A stretch of DNA of 51,080 bases from Clostridia bacterium (GCA_045532255.1 JAZSFO010000025.1:1-51080); one strand, 5' to 3'; numbered from the stretch's first letter, positions 40,452 through 49,912 are shown. Notes: generated by a model from the letters alone, not told the origin. Translations and numbers: made by a program.

Positions 40452-40480
40452 ATTCTAACACAAATGTAAGAATATTTCAA
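40452..40480 (-). promoter_or_regulatory. Candidate promoter of the metA operon
   Basis: On the minus strand: TTGAAA (40480-40475), 17-nt spacer, extended -10 TGT-TAGAAT (40457-40452). Leaves a leader of about 58 nt. Confidence 0.45.
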
Positions 40481-40488
40481 CATTTATT

Positions 40489-40517
40489 TTGCGAGATACG
40501 TTAGCATGAATTAAATA
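40489..40517 (+). promoter_or_regulatory. Candidate promoter of the alpha-glucan operon
   Basis: TTGCGA (40489-40494), 17-nt spacer, TAAATA (40512-40517). Weak match. Confidence 0.3.
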
Positions 40518-40568
40518 TTTTTTTTGAGAAATAATAACAGCAATTATCAGAAAACAGGAGGACAAATA

Positions 40569-42821
40569 ATGACTGTGCTTCAACGAATGGAACAAATTCT
40601 GAATAAACCTTTGAATACATGTTCGGATAATGAAATTTATTGTGGTCTATTAAGGCTTATAGACGAAGAGACAGACCGCAAACAAAGCAAAGATACAAAA
40701 AAGAAGCTTTATTATATATCAGCAGAGTTTCTTGTCGGCAGGCTTCTTGCTTCTAACCTCATAAATCTGGGTCTGTATGACGAAGTGAAAAATGCACTCG
40801 AAAAGAGCGGAAAATCAATAGACAAAATCGAACAAATTGAACCTGAACCATCCCTGGGGAACGGAGGTCTCGGAAGACTTGCGGCATGCTTTCTGGACTC
40901 GATAGCATCCCTTGGATTAAACGGTGACGGTGTAGGACTGTGCTATCACTTTGGACTTTTTCGGCAGGTGTTTAAGGGAAACCTACAGACCGAACTGCCA
41001 AATCCATGGATAGAAGAAAAAGGGTTTTTAAGAAGTACAGATACGGGCTTTAAGATCAAATTCAAAAACCTTGAGGTCTCATCAAGGCTCTGCGATATAG
41101 CAGTTATCGGAAACGGCGGAAAAGTCAATAAACTCCGACTGTTTGATATTGAAAGTGTTGATGAATCAATAGTCAAGTCAGGGATAAATTACAACAAGAA
41201 TGACATAGCAAAAAATCTAACCCTCTTCCTTTATCCCGATGACAGTGACGAAAGCGGAAAATATCTGCGTATATATCAGCAATATTTTATGGTAAGCAAT
41301 GCCGCACAATTAATCCTCAAGGAATGTGAAGAAAGAGGATGTAATCTTCACGACCTTCCTGATTATGCCGTAATACAAATAAATGACACCCATCCGACGC
41401 TGATTATACCTGAGCTTATCAGGCTTTTGTGCGAAAAAGGCATATTTATGGATGAGGCTATAGATATTGTTACAAGAACCTGTGCATATACAAACCATAC
41501 AATCCTTGCCGAAGCTCTTGAAAAATGGCCTCTTAAATATCTCAGCGATACAGTTCCTCAGTTAATACCGATAATAGAAATCCTTGATAACAAAATACGA
41601 AGACGGTATGAAGACAGTTCATTGTATATCATTGACGGCGGTGCGGTTGTGCATATGGCTCATATTGCAATACACTACAGCTTCAGTACAAACGGTGTTG
41701 CCGCACTTCATACTAAAATATTAAAAGAGACAGAACTCAATAAGTTTTACAATATTTATCCCAACCGCTTTAACAATAAAACAAACGGAATTACATTTAG
41801 AAGATGGCTTACGCAGTCAAATCCTGCTCTATATGACTACATTGTATCTCTTATCGGTGATGAATTTATGAAAACCCCTACCCGACTGGAAAGGCTCAAG
41901 GAATTTTCGGAAAACGAAGATGTACTTAAAAGACTCATGGAAATAAAAAAGGAAAATAAAGTGAGGCTTAAAGGCTATATCTTTGAAAAACAAGGAATAA
42001 GCATAGATGAAAACTCGGTGTTTGATATCCAGATAAAGAGACTTCATGAATACAAACGACAGCAAATGAACATTTTGTATTATATAAATAAATATCTCGA
42101 AATAAAAAAAGGCATACTGCCAAAAAGACCGATAAGTGCAATATTCGGTGCCAAAGCGGCTCCCGCATATCAAACAGCCAAGGATATTATTCACTTGATT
42201 TTGTGTATGCAAAAGCTCGTACAAAATGACAAAGAGGTTTCTAAGCATCTTAATATAGTTATGGTAGAAAATTACAATGTAACATCTGCCCAGTATATTA
42301 TACCTGCATGCGATATATCGGAGCAGATTTCTTTGGCATCAAAAGAGGCAAGCGGAACGGGTAATATGAAGCTGATGTTAAACGGTGCTGTGACTCTTGG
42401 AACCGAGGACGGCGCAAATGTGGAGATACATGAGCTTGTCGGAGATGATAATATCTATATTTTCGGTCACGACAGCTCACATGTCATAGAGATGTATCAG
42501 AGAGGTAATTATTCGTCACAGGACTATTACCGGAATTCGGAACTAATCAAAAAAGCAGTTGATTTTATAACAGGAAAAGAACTTCTTGAGCTTGGCAACA
42601 GCGAATATCTGGAAAGACTCAAAAACGAGTTGATATATAAGGATTGGTTTATGACATTTCCTGATTTTGAATCATACACACAAACAAAGGAAAAAATGCT
42701 TAGTGATTATGAAAATCAAAATGAATGGGCAAAAAAGATGCTTATGAATATTGCTATGTGCGGATATTTTTCTTCGGACAGAACGATAAGCGAATATAAC
42801 AGAGATATATGGAAGCTGTAA
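40569..42821 (+). CDS. glgP: Alpha-glucan (glycogen/maltodextrin) phosphorylase, GT35
   Basis: PLP-lysine motif EASGTGNMKLMLNGA, plus LGNGGLGRLAACFLDS and TNHT motifs. Start set to the ATG at 40569 with AGGAGG 7 nt upstream, because the ORF-track TTG extension lacks an RBS. Confidence 0.93.
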   Translation: MTVLQRMEQILNKPLNTCSDNEIYCGLLRLIDEETDRKQSKDTKKKLYYISAEFLVGRLLASNLINLGLYDEVKNALEKSGKSIDKIEQIEPEPSLGNGGLGRLAACFLDSIASLGLNGDGVGLCYHFGLFRQVFKGNLQTELPNPWIEEKGFLRSTDTGFKIKFKNLEVSSRLCDIAVIGNGGKVNKLRLFDIESVDESIVKSGINYNKNDIAKNLTLFLYPDDSDESGKYLRIYQQYFMVSNAAQLILKECEERGCNLHDLPDYAVIQINDTHPTLIIPELIRLLCEKGIFMDEAIDIVTRTCAYTNHTILAEALEKWPLKYLSDTVPQLIPIIEILDNKIRRRYEDSSLYIIDGGAVVHMAHIAIHYSFSTNGVAALHTKILKETELNKFYNIYPNRFNNKTNGITFRRWLTQSNPALYDYIVSLIGDEFMKTPTRLERLKEFSENEDVLKRLMEIKKENKVRLKGYIFEKQGISIDENSVFDIQIKRLHEYKRQQMNILYYINKYLEIKKGILPKRPISAIFGAKAAPAYQTAKDIIHLILCMQKLVQNDKEVSKHLNIVMVENYNVTSAQYIIPACDISEQISLASKEASGTGNMKLMLNGAVTLGTEDGANVEIHELVGDDNIYIFGHDSSHVIEMYQRGNYSSQDYYRNSELIKKAVDFITGKELLELGNSEYLERLKNELIYKDWFMTFPDFESYTQTKEKMLSDYENQNEWAKKMLMNIAMCGYFSSDRTISEYNRDIWKL

Positions 42822-42853
42822 ATGCAAAAATTATTTGATAGGAGAAAATAAAA

Positions 42854-44980
42854 ATGAAGAATAAATTTACAATAATATCCCCTATGTCAGGACAGCTTGT
42901 AACTCTTGATAGTGTCCCTGATGCAGTGTTCAGAGACAAAATCTTAGGCGACGGAATAGCTGTAATTCCAAAAGACGGCAAAGTTGTAAGCCCTGTAAAC
43001 GGTGTGATAACATCTGTTTCCGACACTCTGCATGCATATAATATTGAGTCGGACGATGGCCTCAATATACTTGTGCATATAGGTTTGGAAACAGTTTCTC
43101 TTAAGGGAAAGGGCTTTAACGCACTGGTAAAAAAGGGCGATAAGGTTAGCGTCGGAACGCCGATTGCAGAGGTTGATCTCGGTGTTCTCAAAAAGCATAA
43201 CCTTAACCCTATTACACCCGTCATTATATGCGATGCACCGAAAAACATTTCGATAGATGTAAATACCTCAAAGGCAATCGGCGGAGAAACCGTTGCGCTT
43301 ACTATTACAGACGAGCTTGCAAATAAGTCTCAAAACAATGCAAACAGCAGAAAAGAGTCAACATTTGATTTTCTGCAAAAGCTCGGTAAGGTTTTGATGG
43401 TTGTTATTGCCGTTATGCCTGCCGCGGGAATTATGATAAGTATCGGCAAGCTCATAACAATGTTTGGTGCGGATATAAGTACGGTTAATTTAATCGGCTC
43501 TATCCTGGAAAATATCGGATGGGCAATCATAAGTAACCTAAATATTTTGTTCGCCGTTGCAATCGGCGGTTCGTGGGCAAAGGACAGAGCAGGCGGTGCA
43601 TTTGCGGCACTGCTTGCCTTTATACTAATAAATAATATAACAGGAAATATATTTGGCGTAACACAGGACATGCTCAGTGACCAGAATGCTGTAACCAAGA
43701 CACTTTTTGGTCAGGAAATTCTCGTAAACGGATACTTTACATCCGTTCTTGGCTCGCCCGCGCTTAACATGGGTGTGTTTGCAGGTATTGTTTCGGGTTT
43801 TGTGGGCGGAATAATATATAATAAATTCTATAACTTCAGAAGACTTCCCGAAGTTTTGTCGTTTTTTAACGGCAAGAGGTTTGTACCTCTGGTTGTTATT
43901 TTGTGGTCTGTAATTGTGGCTGTTGTTTTTGCTGTGGTGTGGCCCGTAATACAGCTTGGAATAAATTCTTTTGGTGTATGGATTGCAAATTCTTCGAAGT
44001 CATCCCCTATTCTTGCACCATTTTTATACGGTACTCTGGAAAGACTTCTTCTTCCGTTTGGTCTCCATCACATGCTGACAATACCGATGAATTATACCAG
44101 CTTTGGCGGAACCTATATCATACAGACGGGTATAAATGCTGGAACAGAAGTGTTTGGTCAGGATCCCTTGTGGCTTGCATGGATAACAGACCTCATTAAC
44201 TTCAAAGATGTCGGAGATACAGAATCATACAGACAGCTTATATCTACTGTAATTCCTGCCCGCTTCAAGGTTGGACAAATGATAGGCTCATCAGGACTTG
44301 TGCTTGGTGTAGCACTTGCTATGTACAGACGAATAGACAAAGGTATCCGCAAAAATTACCGTTCAATGTATATTTCTGCCGCACTTGCAGTATTTCTTAC
44401 AGGGGTTACAGAACCGATTGAATTCATGTTTATGTTCTGTGCAATACCTCTTTATATCGTTTATGCATTGCTTCAGGGTCTTGCTTTTGCAAGTGCAGGT
44501 ATAATAAATCTTCGTATTCACTCATTTGGAAATATAGAGCTTCTTACAAGACTTCCCATAAGTATCAAGGCAGGTCTTGGCGGTGATTTGATAAATTTTG
44601 TGCTGTGTGTTGTTGTTTTCTTTGCACTCGGATATGCAGTTGCATATTTTATGATAGGCAAATTTGCCTATGCAACACCGGGAAGACTTGGAAACTTCAG
44701 TGATAACGAAGTCGGTGATTCTTCCGACAGACCAATCGCCTCAGGAAGCAAACAGGCAGAAAACATCATTGAACTTCTTGGCGGAAGAGAAAATATTGTG
44801 CTTGTCGATGCATGTATGACAAGACTGAGAATTACAGTTAATGACCCCGAAAAAGTAAAGCCCGAGTCCGAATGGAAAAAAGAAGGTGCACTCAGTCTTA
44901 TGAAAAAAGGAAACGGTATTCAGGCGGTATACGGTCCCAAGGCAGATGTTCTAAAATCGGATATTAACGATATTCTTTGA
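42854..44980 (+). CDS. PTS glucose-family transporter, fused EIIA-EIIC-EIIB (maltose/alpha-glucoside type by context)
   Basis: N-terminal EIIA-Glc with both His (TLHAYNI, LVHIGLETV). EIIC with GVTEPIEF. C-terminal EIIB with the phospho-Cys loop DACMTRLR. Confidence 0.9.
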   Translation: MKNKFTIISPMSGQLVTLDSVPDAVFRDKILGDGIAVIPKDGKVVSPVNGVITSVSDTLHAYNIESDDGLNILVHIGLETVSLKGKGFNALVKKGDKVSVGTPIAEVDLGVLKKHNLNPITPVIICDAPKNISIDVNTSKAIGGETVALTITDELANKSQNNANSRKESTFDFLQKLGKVLMVVIAVMPAAGIMISIGKLITMFGADISTVNLIGSILENIGWAIISNLNILFAVAIGGSWAKDRAGGAFAALLAFILINNITGNIFGVTQDMLSDQNAVTKTLFGQEILVNGYFTSVLGSPALNMGVFAGIVSGFVGGIIYNKFYNFRRLPEVLSFFNGKRFVPLVVILWSVIVAVVFAVVWPVIQLGINSFGVWIANSSKSSPILAPFLYGTLERLLLPFGLHHMLTIPMNYTSFGGTYIIQTGINAGTEVFGQDPLWLAWITDLINFKDVGDTESYRQLISTVIPARFKVGQMIGSSGLVLGVALAMYRRIDKGIRKNYRSMYISAALAVFLTGVTEPIEFMFMFCAIPLYIVYALLQGLAFASAGIINLRIHSFGNIELLTRLPISIKAGLGGDLINFVLCVVVFFALGYAVAYFMIGKFAYATPGRLGNFSDNEVGDSSDRPIASGSKQAENIIELLGGRENIVLVDACMTRLRITVNDPEKVKPESEWKKEGALSLMKKGNGIQAVYGPKADVLKSDINDIL

Positions 44981-44994
44981 CGGAGGAAATATTC

Positions 44995-45798
44995 TTGACA
45001 ATAATGACAATAAATACGCATAGTTATATAGAGGACGATGCCGACAGGAAATTACAAATACTTGCCGATGCAATAGTGCACCTTAAACCCGATTTAGTGG
45101 CTATGCAGGAGGTTAATCAGCTTTCCTGCTTAGAGTATGTGTCATCGTCTCTTATGCAGGCAGAATATGGAATTGGACTAAAAAAAGGCAATTACGGTTT
45201 GCGGATTGCAGAGCTGCTGAATAATAGTAAATGTCCGTACAGCTTTGTGTGGCTTGGAATAAAACACGGATTTGAAAATTACGATGAGGGACTTTGTATA
45301 TTTTTGAGAGGCAGAGCAGACGAATCAAAGAGCTTTTTGATAAGCAAAACCAATTCCGAAGACAACTGGAAAAAGCGTATGGCACTCGGAGTAAAATTTA
45401 ACGGAGAATGGTTTTATAATTTGCACATGGGTCGGTGGGACGACAGCGAAGAGCCTTTTTCGGAGCAATGGAGATGTCTTACTGATAATATCGGTGCAGA
45501 CGGAAAAATGTGGCTTATGGGTGATTTTAATTCACCAAGTGATGTGCGCAATGAGGGATATGACTGTGTTTTGTCAGAGGGTTGGTATGACACCTATGTT
45601 CTTGCGAATAAAAAGGATGATGGTTATACTGTGTGCGGAAAAATTGACGGCTGGAAAGATAAAAATGAGTTTTCTGATAAAAGAATTGACTATATATTCT
45701 GTAGCCAGCCAAGAGAAATACAGACATCGTATACAATATTTAACGGAAAGAATAAAGAGATTATATCTGATCATTTCGGAGTAATTGTCGCATATTAA
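44995..45798 (+). CDS. mapP: Endonuclease/exonuclease/phosphatase (EEP) family protein, MapP-like candidate maltose-6'-phosphate phosphatase
   Basis: EEP-type strand-1 TINTHSY, MQEVN, GDFNS, and C-terminal SDHFGV motifs. Sits immediately downstream of the PTS gene, like E. faecalis mapP. The start is uncertain: TTG 44995 has GGAGG 8 nt upstream, and the alternatives are TTG 44977 and ATG 45004. Confidence 0.65.
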   Translation: MTIMTINTHSYIEDDADRKLQILADAIVHLKPDLVAMQEVNQLSCLEYVSSSLMQAEYGIGLKKGNYGLRIAELLNNSKCPYSFVWLGIKHGFENYDEGLCIFLRGRADESKSFLISKTNSEDNWKKRMALGVKFNGEWFYNLHMGRWDDSEEPFSEQWRCLTDNIGADGKMWLMGDFNSPSDVRNEGYDCVLSEGWYDTYVLANKKDDGYTVCGKIDGWKDKNEFSDKRIDYIFCSQPREIQTSYTIFNGKNKEIISDHFGVIVAY

Positions 45799-45812
45799 AG
45801 GAGCTGATGTAT

Positions 45813-47291
45813 ATGCGGAAAAGCGGTATTCTTCTGCCTGTAACATCATTGCCGTCAAAGTACGGAATTGGTTGTTTTTCGAAGTCGGCATATGATTTTG
45901 CAAACTGGCTCAAGCAGTCGGGTCAATCATATTGGCAGATTCTGCCCCTTTGTCCAACGAGCTACGGAGATTCTCCGTATCAGTCATTTTCCACCTTTGC
46001 AGGAAATCCCTATTTAATCAGTCTCGAGCAGCTTATAAGTGAGGGTTTGCTTACCGAGGAAGAGTGCAATGAGGCGGACTTTGGAGATAATGAAGAACAA
46101 ATTGATTATAAAAAAATGTTTGATAACCGAATTACTCTTCTTCGGACGGCATATTCCAGAAATAGTAAAAATTATGATGTGTTTTACAGAGAAAACAGTT
46201 ATTGGTTAAGTGATTATTCAATGTATATGGCACTCAAATATCATTTTGACCAAAAACCGTGGAATATGTGGCCCGAAGATATAAAGCTAAGAAAAACAGA
46301 TGCACTTACCCATTATGGTAAAATTCTCAGTGAGGATATAAACTTCTGGATTTTTGTTCAAAATGAATTTTATAAACAATGGAACAAGCTGAAAACACAT
46401 ATTAACAACAATGGTATATCCGTAATCGGTGATATACCTATATATGTTTCATATGACAGCGCTGATGTGTGGGCAAGTCCCGAGCTTTTTGAATTGGATG
46501 AAAACCTAAATCCGATATGTGTGGCAGGCTGTCCGCCTGATGGGTTTTCCGAGAGCGGACAGTTATGGGGAAATCCACTTTATAATTGGAGATTGCATAG
46601 AGAAAATGATTATTCATGGTGGATAAGCAGAATATCACATTCACTTAAGCTTTATGATGTGTTGCGCATAGACCATTTCCGCGGATTTGATAAGTATTAT
46701 TCCATTAAATACGGAAGCCGTGATGCGACCTGCGGAAGCTGGCGTGATGGTCCGGGGGCAGAGCTTTTTGAATGTGTTAAGGATAAACTCGGCAAAATAA
46801 ATATTATTGCAGAAGATTTGGGTTTTGTTACAGAATCGGTAAAGAAACTCTTGAGAGATTGTAATTTCCCAGGTATGAAGGTATTGGAATTTGCGTTTGA
46901 CTCAAGAGACAGCGGAGAAACAAATGATTATCTGCCTCATAATTATCCCGATGATTGCATTGCATATACAGGAACACATGACAATCAAACTATATCTTCG
47001 TGGTTTGAAACAATTTTGCCCGATGAGGCAAAAGCGGTAAGGGATTATCTTTGTGACCCTTATGTTCCTGACAACGAAATTCATATTCCTCTTATTGCAC
47101 TTCTTATGAGGAGCAGGGCTTCTGTTTGTATTATTCCCATACAGGATTGGCTGGGACTTAAGGATAACGCAAGAATCAACACCCCGTCTACCTTGGGCAA
47201 TAACTGGACTTGGAGAGTAAAGGAAAATCAACTAAATGACATATTGGCAGAAAAGATATATAATATGACAAAAATTTTCGGCAGATTATAA
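45813..47291 (+). CDS. malQ: 4-alpha-glucanotransferase (amylomaltase, GH77)
   Basis: SGILLPVTSLPS N-terminus, LRIDHFRGF, EDLG, GTHDN motifs. ATG 45813 is preferred (AAGGAG 9 nt upstream) over ATG 45807. Confidence 0.93.
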   Translation: MRKSGILLPVTSLPSKYGIGCFSKSAYDFANWLKQSGQSYWQILPLCPTSYGDSPYQSFSTFAGNPYLISLEQLISEGLLTEEECNEADFGDNEEQIDYKKMFDNRITLLRTAYSRNSKNYDVFYRENSYWLSDYSMYMALKYHFDQKPWNMWPEDIKLRKTDALTHYGKILSEDINFWIFVQNEFYKQWNKLKTHINNNGISVIGDIPIYVSYDSADVWASPELFELDENLNPICVAGCPPDGFSESGQLWGNPLYNWRLHRENDYSWWISRISHSLKLYDVLRIDHFRGFDKYYSIKYGSRDATCGSWRDGPGAELFECVKDKLGKINIIAEDLGFVTESVKKLLRDCNFPGMKVLEFAFDSRDSGETNDYLPHNYPDDCIAYTGTHDNQTISSWFETILPDEAKAVRDYLCDPYVPDNEIHIPLIALLMRSRASVCIIPIQDWLGLKDNARINTPSTLGNNWTWRVKENQLNDILAEKIYNMTKIFGRL

Positions 47292-47294
47292 AAT

Positions 47295-47337
47295 CAAGCA
47301 CCCCAAAGGCAAATTGCTTATGAGGGTGCTTGTTTTA
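47295..47337. terminator. Bidirectional terminator between malQ and the convergent minus-strand operon
   Basis: Perfect 9-bp stem CAAGCACCC (47295-47303) / GGGTGCTTG (47324-47332) with a 20-nt loop, followed by TTTT on the plus strand and ATTTTA on the minus strand. Confidence 0.7.
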
Positions 47338-47345
47338 TCTGTAAG

Positions 47346-47756
47346 TTATTTTATTTTTACTGTACATGCGGTGTGTAGTCCCTTTGGGATTTCGGTATTT
47401 ATAATATTCACCGCAACTAAATCAGGGTTATAGTTGATATCGAGAGATACAACCTCCTGAGATGGATTGTTTATTTGAAGAACGCCGTCACAGTCAATGC
47501 CAAAGCATACTCTTTGCATATCAAACTCAGATACAGGTGTGGAATTATAGATAATAATTATGTCCTCGGAAGGAATGCCGTTTGTAAGCTCAGCTTCGAG
47601 GCTTATCGGCTTGCCCTCTGAGGATGTGTCAAAATCAATACCTTCGTATGCCTCTATATCCGTAAACATATCTCTTGTCATTGGATACTTAAGACATATT
47701 TGTACTGTAAGGAGCAAAAGAAAAGGTATAATTATTGCGTATATAATATTTTTCAT
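47346..47756 (-). CDS. Small membrane-anchored protein of unknown function
   Basis: N-terminal TM (IIYAIIIPFLLLLTVQI) followed by about 110 aa of acidic beta-rich sequence. ATG at 47756 with GGTGA upstream. No family recognised. Confidence 0.55.
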   Translation of the reverse strand: MKNIIYAIIIPFLLLLTVQICLKYPMTRDMFTDIEAYEGIDFDTSSEGKPISLEAELTNGIPSEDIIIIYNSTPVSEFDMQRVCFGIDCDGVLQINNPSQEVVSLDINYNPDLVAVNIINTEIPKGLHTACTVKIK

Positions 47757-47793
47757 TAAATCACCATTAGTATGATTTGATGAAAACAAAAAA

Positions 47794-49014
47794 TTATGCG
47801 TTTTTGCCCGCGAGATATCCTGTCGAAAAAGCTATTTGCAGATTAAATCCGCCCGTGTAGGCGTCAACATCAATAACCTCGCCTGCAAAGAATACACCGC
47901 TGCATATCTTAGATTCCATTGTTTTGGGATTGATTTCCTTAACGCAGACACCGCCCGAGGTTATAACCGCATTTTTGATAGATGCAAATTCCGAAATATC
48001 AAACCGCATATCCTTTAGTATGCCAACGAGTGCTTTTCTCTCGGTTTTTGTAACTTCATTTACTTTTTTATTAGGATTGATACCGCTCATTTTAATGGCA
48101 ACGGGTATCATTTTTTTAGGCAGAAGTTCATTTAGGGAGTTTGCAAAAATTTTGTTTTTCTCTTTTTCAAAATCCCTCAGTATTCTTTTGTCAAGTGTTT
48201 CTTCGTTTAATGCGGGTTTGAGGTCTATACTTATTGTATATTTGTTTCGTGACAAGTCTCTCATATGTGAGCTTGCGCTGAGTATTACAGGTCCGCTTAT
48301 TCCGTAATGTGTAAATAACATTTCGCCAAAATCAGCATATATCTCTTTGTCATTCTTAAAAACATGTATTGCTATGTTTCTGAGTGACAACCCCATAAGC
48401 ATAGGAATATACGGAGATTTGACAACTACAGGAACAAGCGATGGCTTTAGCTCTGTAACGGTATGTCCGAGACTTTTTGCAAATTTATATCCGTCTCCCG
48501 TAGAACCTGTCTGGGGATAGCTAAGTCCGCCTGTTGCAATTATTACCGATGAGCACCTAATTACACCCTTATCCTTTACCATAACCTCTTTGTATTCATC
48601 AAAAGAAGATACACGGCAAACTTCTCCTTGTATTACCTTGACACCGTAATGCTTAAGTATTCGTCTGAGGGCAGTCAGGACATCATGAGCCTTGTCAGAA
48701 ACGGGAAAAACCCTTCCTCCCCTTTCTACCTTGGTTTCAAGGCCTGCTTTTGACAGCATAGAGATTAAATCTCTGTTTGTAAAGGTATAGAAGGCACTAT
48801 ACAAAAAATTACCGTTTACAGGGACATTTTCGATAAACTCAGATATGTCGCAATCATTTGTTATGTTACATCTTCCCTTGCCTGTTATAAGAAGTTTTTT
48901 TCCAAGAGAGTCATTTTTTTCTATAAGAACTGCTGTTTTGCCGTTTGATGCAGCTATAGCAGCCGCCATCATTCCGGCAGGACCTGCACCTATTATAACT
49001 ACTGTATCAGACAT
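47794..49014 (-). CDS. HI0933/BaiN-like NAD(P)/FAD-dependent flavoprotein
   Basis: N-terminal dinucleotide fold VVIIGAGPAGMMAA, GKGRCNITN motif, C-terminal GGFNLQ motif typical of the HI0933 family. Confidence 0.88.
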   Translation of the reverse strand: MSDTVVIIGAGPAGMMAAAIAASNGKTAVLIEKNDSLGKKLLITGKGRCNITNDCDISEFIENVPVNGNFLYSAFYTFTNRDLISMLSKAGLETKVERGGRVFPVSDKAHDVLTALRRILKHYGVKVIQGEVCRVSSFDEYKEVMVKDKGVIRCSSVIIATGGLSYPQTGSTGDGYKFAKSLGHTVTELKPSLVPVVVKSPYIPMLMGLSLRNIAIHVFKNDKEIYADFGEMLFTHYGISGPVILSASSHMRDLSRNKYTISIDLKPALNEETLDKRILRDFEKEKNKIFANSLNELLPKKMIPVAIKMSGINPNKKVNEVTKTERKALVGILKDMRFDISEFASIKNAVITSGGVCVKEINPKTMESKICSGVFFAGEVIDVDAYTGGFNLQIAFSTGYLAGKNA

Positions 49015-49025
49015 ATAACCTCCAA

Positions 49026-49898
49026 TTAGTTTTCCTCAGTGTTTTTGTATGCTTGATACTTTTCCCATATATTTTCAAGTGATTCAAATTTTTCTGCCGC
49101 TTTATCCTTGTTTCGCATTACAATGGCAACAATAAGTGCATTGATAAGGCTTAAAGGAGCAACCAGCGAATCAACAAAATTGCCAACTTCACATTCTGCA
49201 ATAAGAGAGCTTTCCGAATAATTTACAATGGGTGATTTTATACTGTCGGTTATAGCAATGATTTTTGCTCCCCTTTCGGATGCAAATTTGACACCGTTGA
49301 GAGTTCTTTGCAGGTATCTGGGATAACTGATTGCTATAAGTGCATCCTCCGAGCCAATTCGGTACATCTGTTCGATTACATCGCTTGTAGAATTTGCTGT
49401 AACAACCTTAACATTATCAAGAAGAATATTAAGATATACCTCAAGGAAGCTTGCAAGAGAAAAACTAGTCCTGGCACCCAAAATATAAACGGTTTTTGCA
49501 TTTACCAAAGAATCAATTGCTGATTCAAAGTCTTTTGTACTAACTGTATCAAGAGTTTGCTTGAGCTTGTCGATATCTGCTTGAACAACTTTCTTGAATA
49601 TACCCTCATCACCAAGCTTTGAGGATGTAATCTCCATTCTCTGTATAGGAGTGAGCTTATTTTTGACATGTTCTCTCAGTGCTTTCTGAAACTGTGGAAA
49701 GCCGTCGTATCCAAGCTCCGATGCAAACCTGACAACCGTAGATTCACTTACACCAACTTCATCTGCAAGCTTTGAAGCAGTCATAAATGCGGCACTGTCG
49801 TAGTGGTTGGTTATATATTCGGATATTTTCTTCTGGCTTTTGCTCATTTTGATGTCAGAAGAGTTTATGAAGTCAATTATATTATGGAAATCCACCAT
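49026..49898 (-). CDS. MurR/RpiR family transcriptional regulator (HTH_6 + SIS sugar-phosphate-binding domain)
   Basis: N-terminal MSKSQKKISEYI...ASKLADEVGVSESTVVRFASELGYDGF HTH and a C-terminal SIS domain. AGGAG 8 nt upstream of the ATG at 49898. Confidence 0.9.
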   Translation of the reverse strand: MVDFHNIIDFINSSDIKMSKSQKKISEYITNHYDSAAFMTASKLADEVGVSESTVVRFASELGYDGFPQFQKALREHVKNKLTPIQRMEITSSKLGDEGIFKKVVQADIDKLKQTLDTVSTKDFESAIDSLVNAKTVYILGARTSFSLASFLEVYLNILLDNVKVVTANSTSDVIEQMYRIGSEDALIAISYPRYLQRTLNGVKFASERGAKIIAITDSIKSPIVNYSESSLIAECEVGNFVDSLVAPLSLINALIVAIVMRNKDKAAEKFESLENIWEKYQAYKNTEEN

Positions 49899-49912
49899 AC
49901 GATTTCTCCTTT

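Noticed and set aside
40388-40523. SAM riboswitch or T-box leader upstream of metA
   Set aside because: With the candidate promoter at 40452-40480 the leader is only about 58 nt and AT-rich. No SAM-I core or T-box (AGGGTGGNACCGCG-type) sequence was seen.
42754-43248. 164-aa minus-strand ORF spanning the glgP/PTS junction, and a 122-aa ORF at 43330-43698
   Set aside because: Both are antisense to conserved EIIA/EIIC coding sequence, have no RBS or promoter, and have non-protein-like composition.
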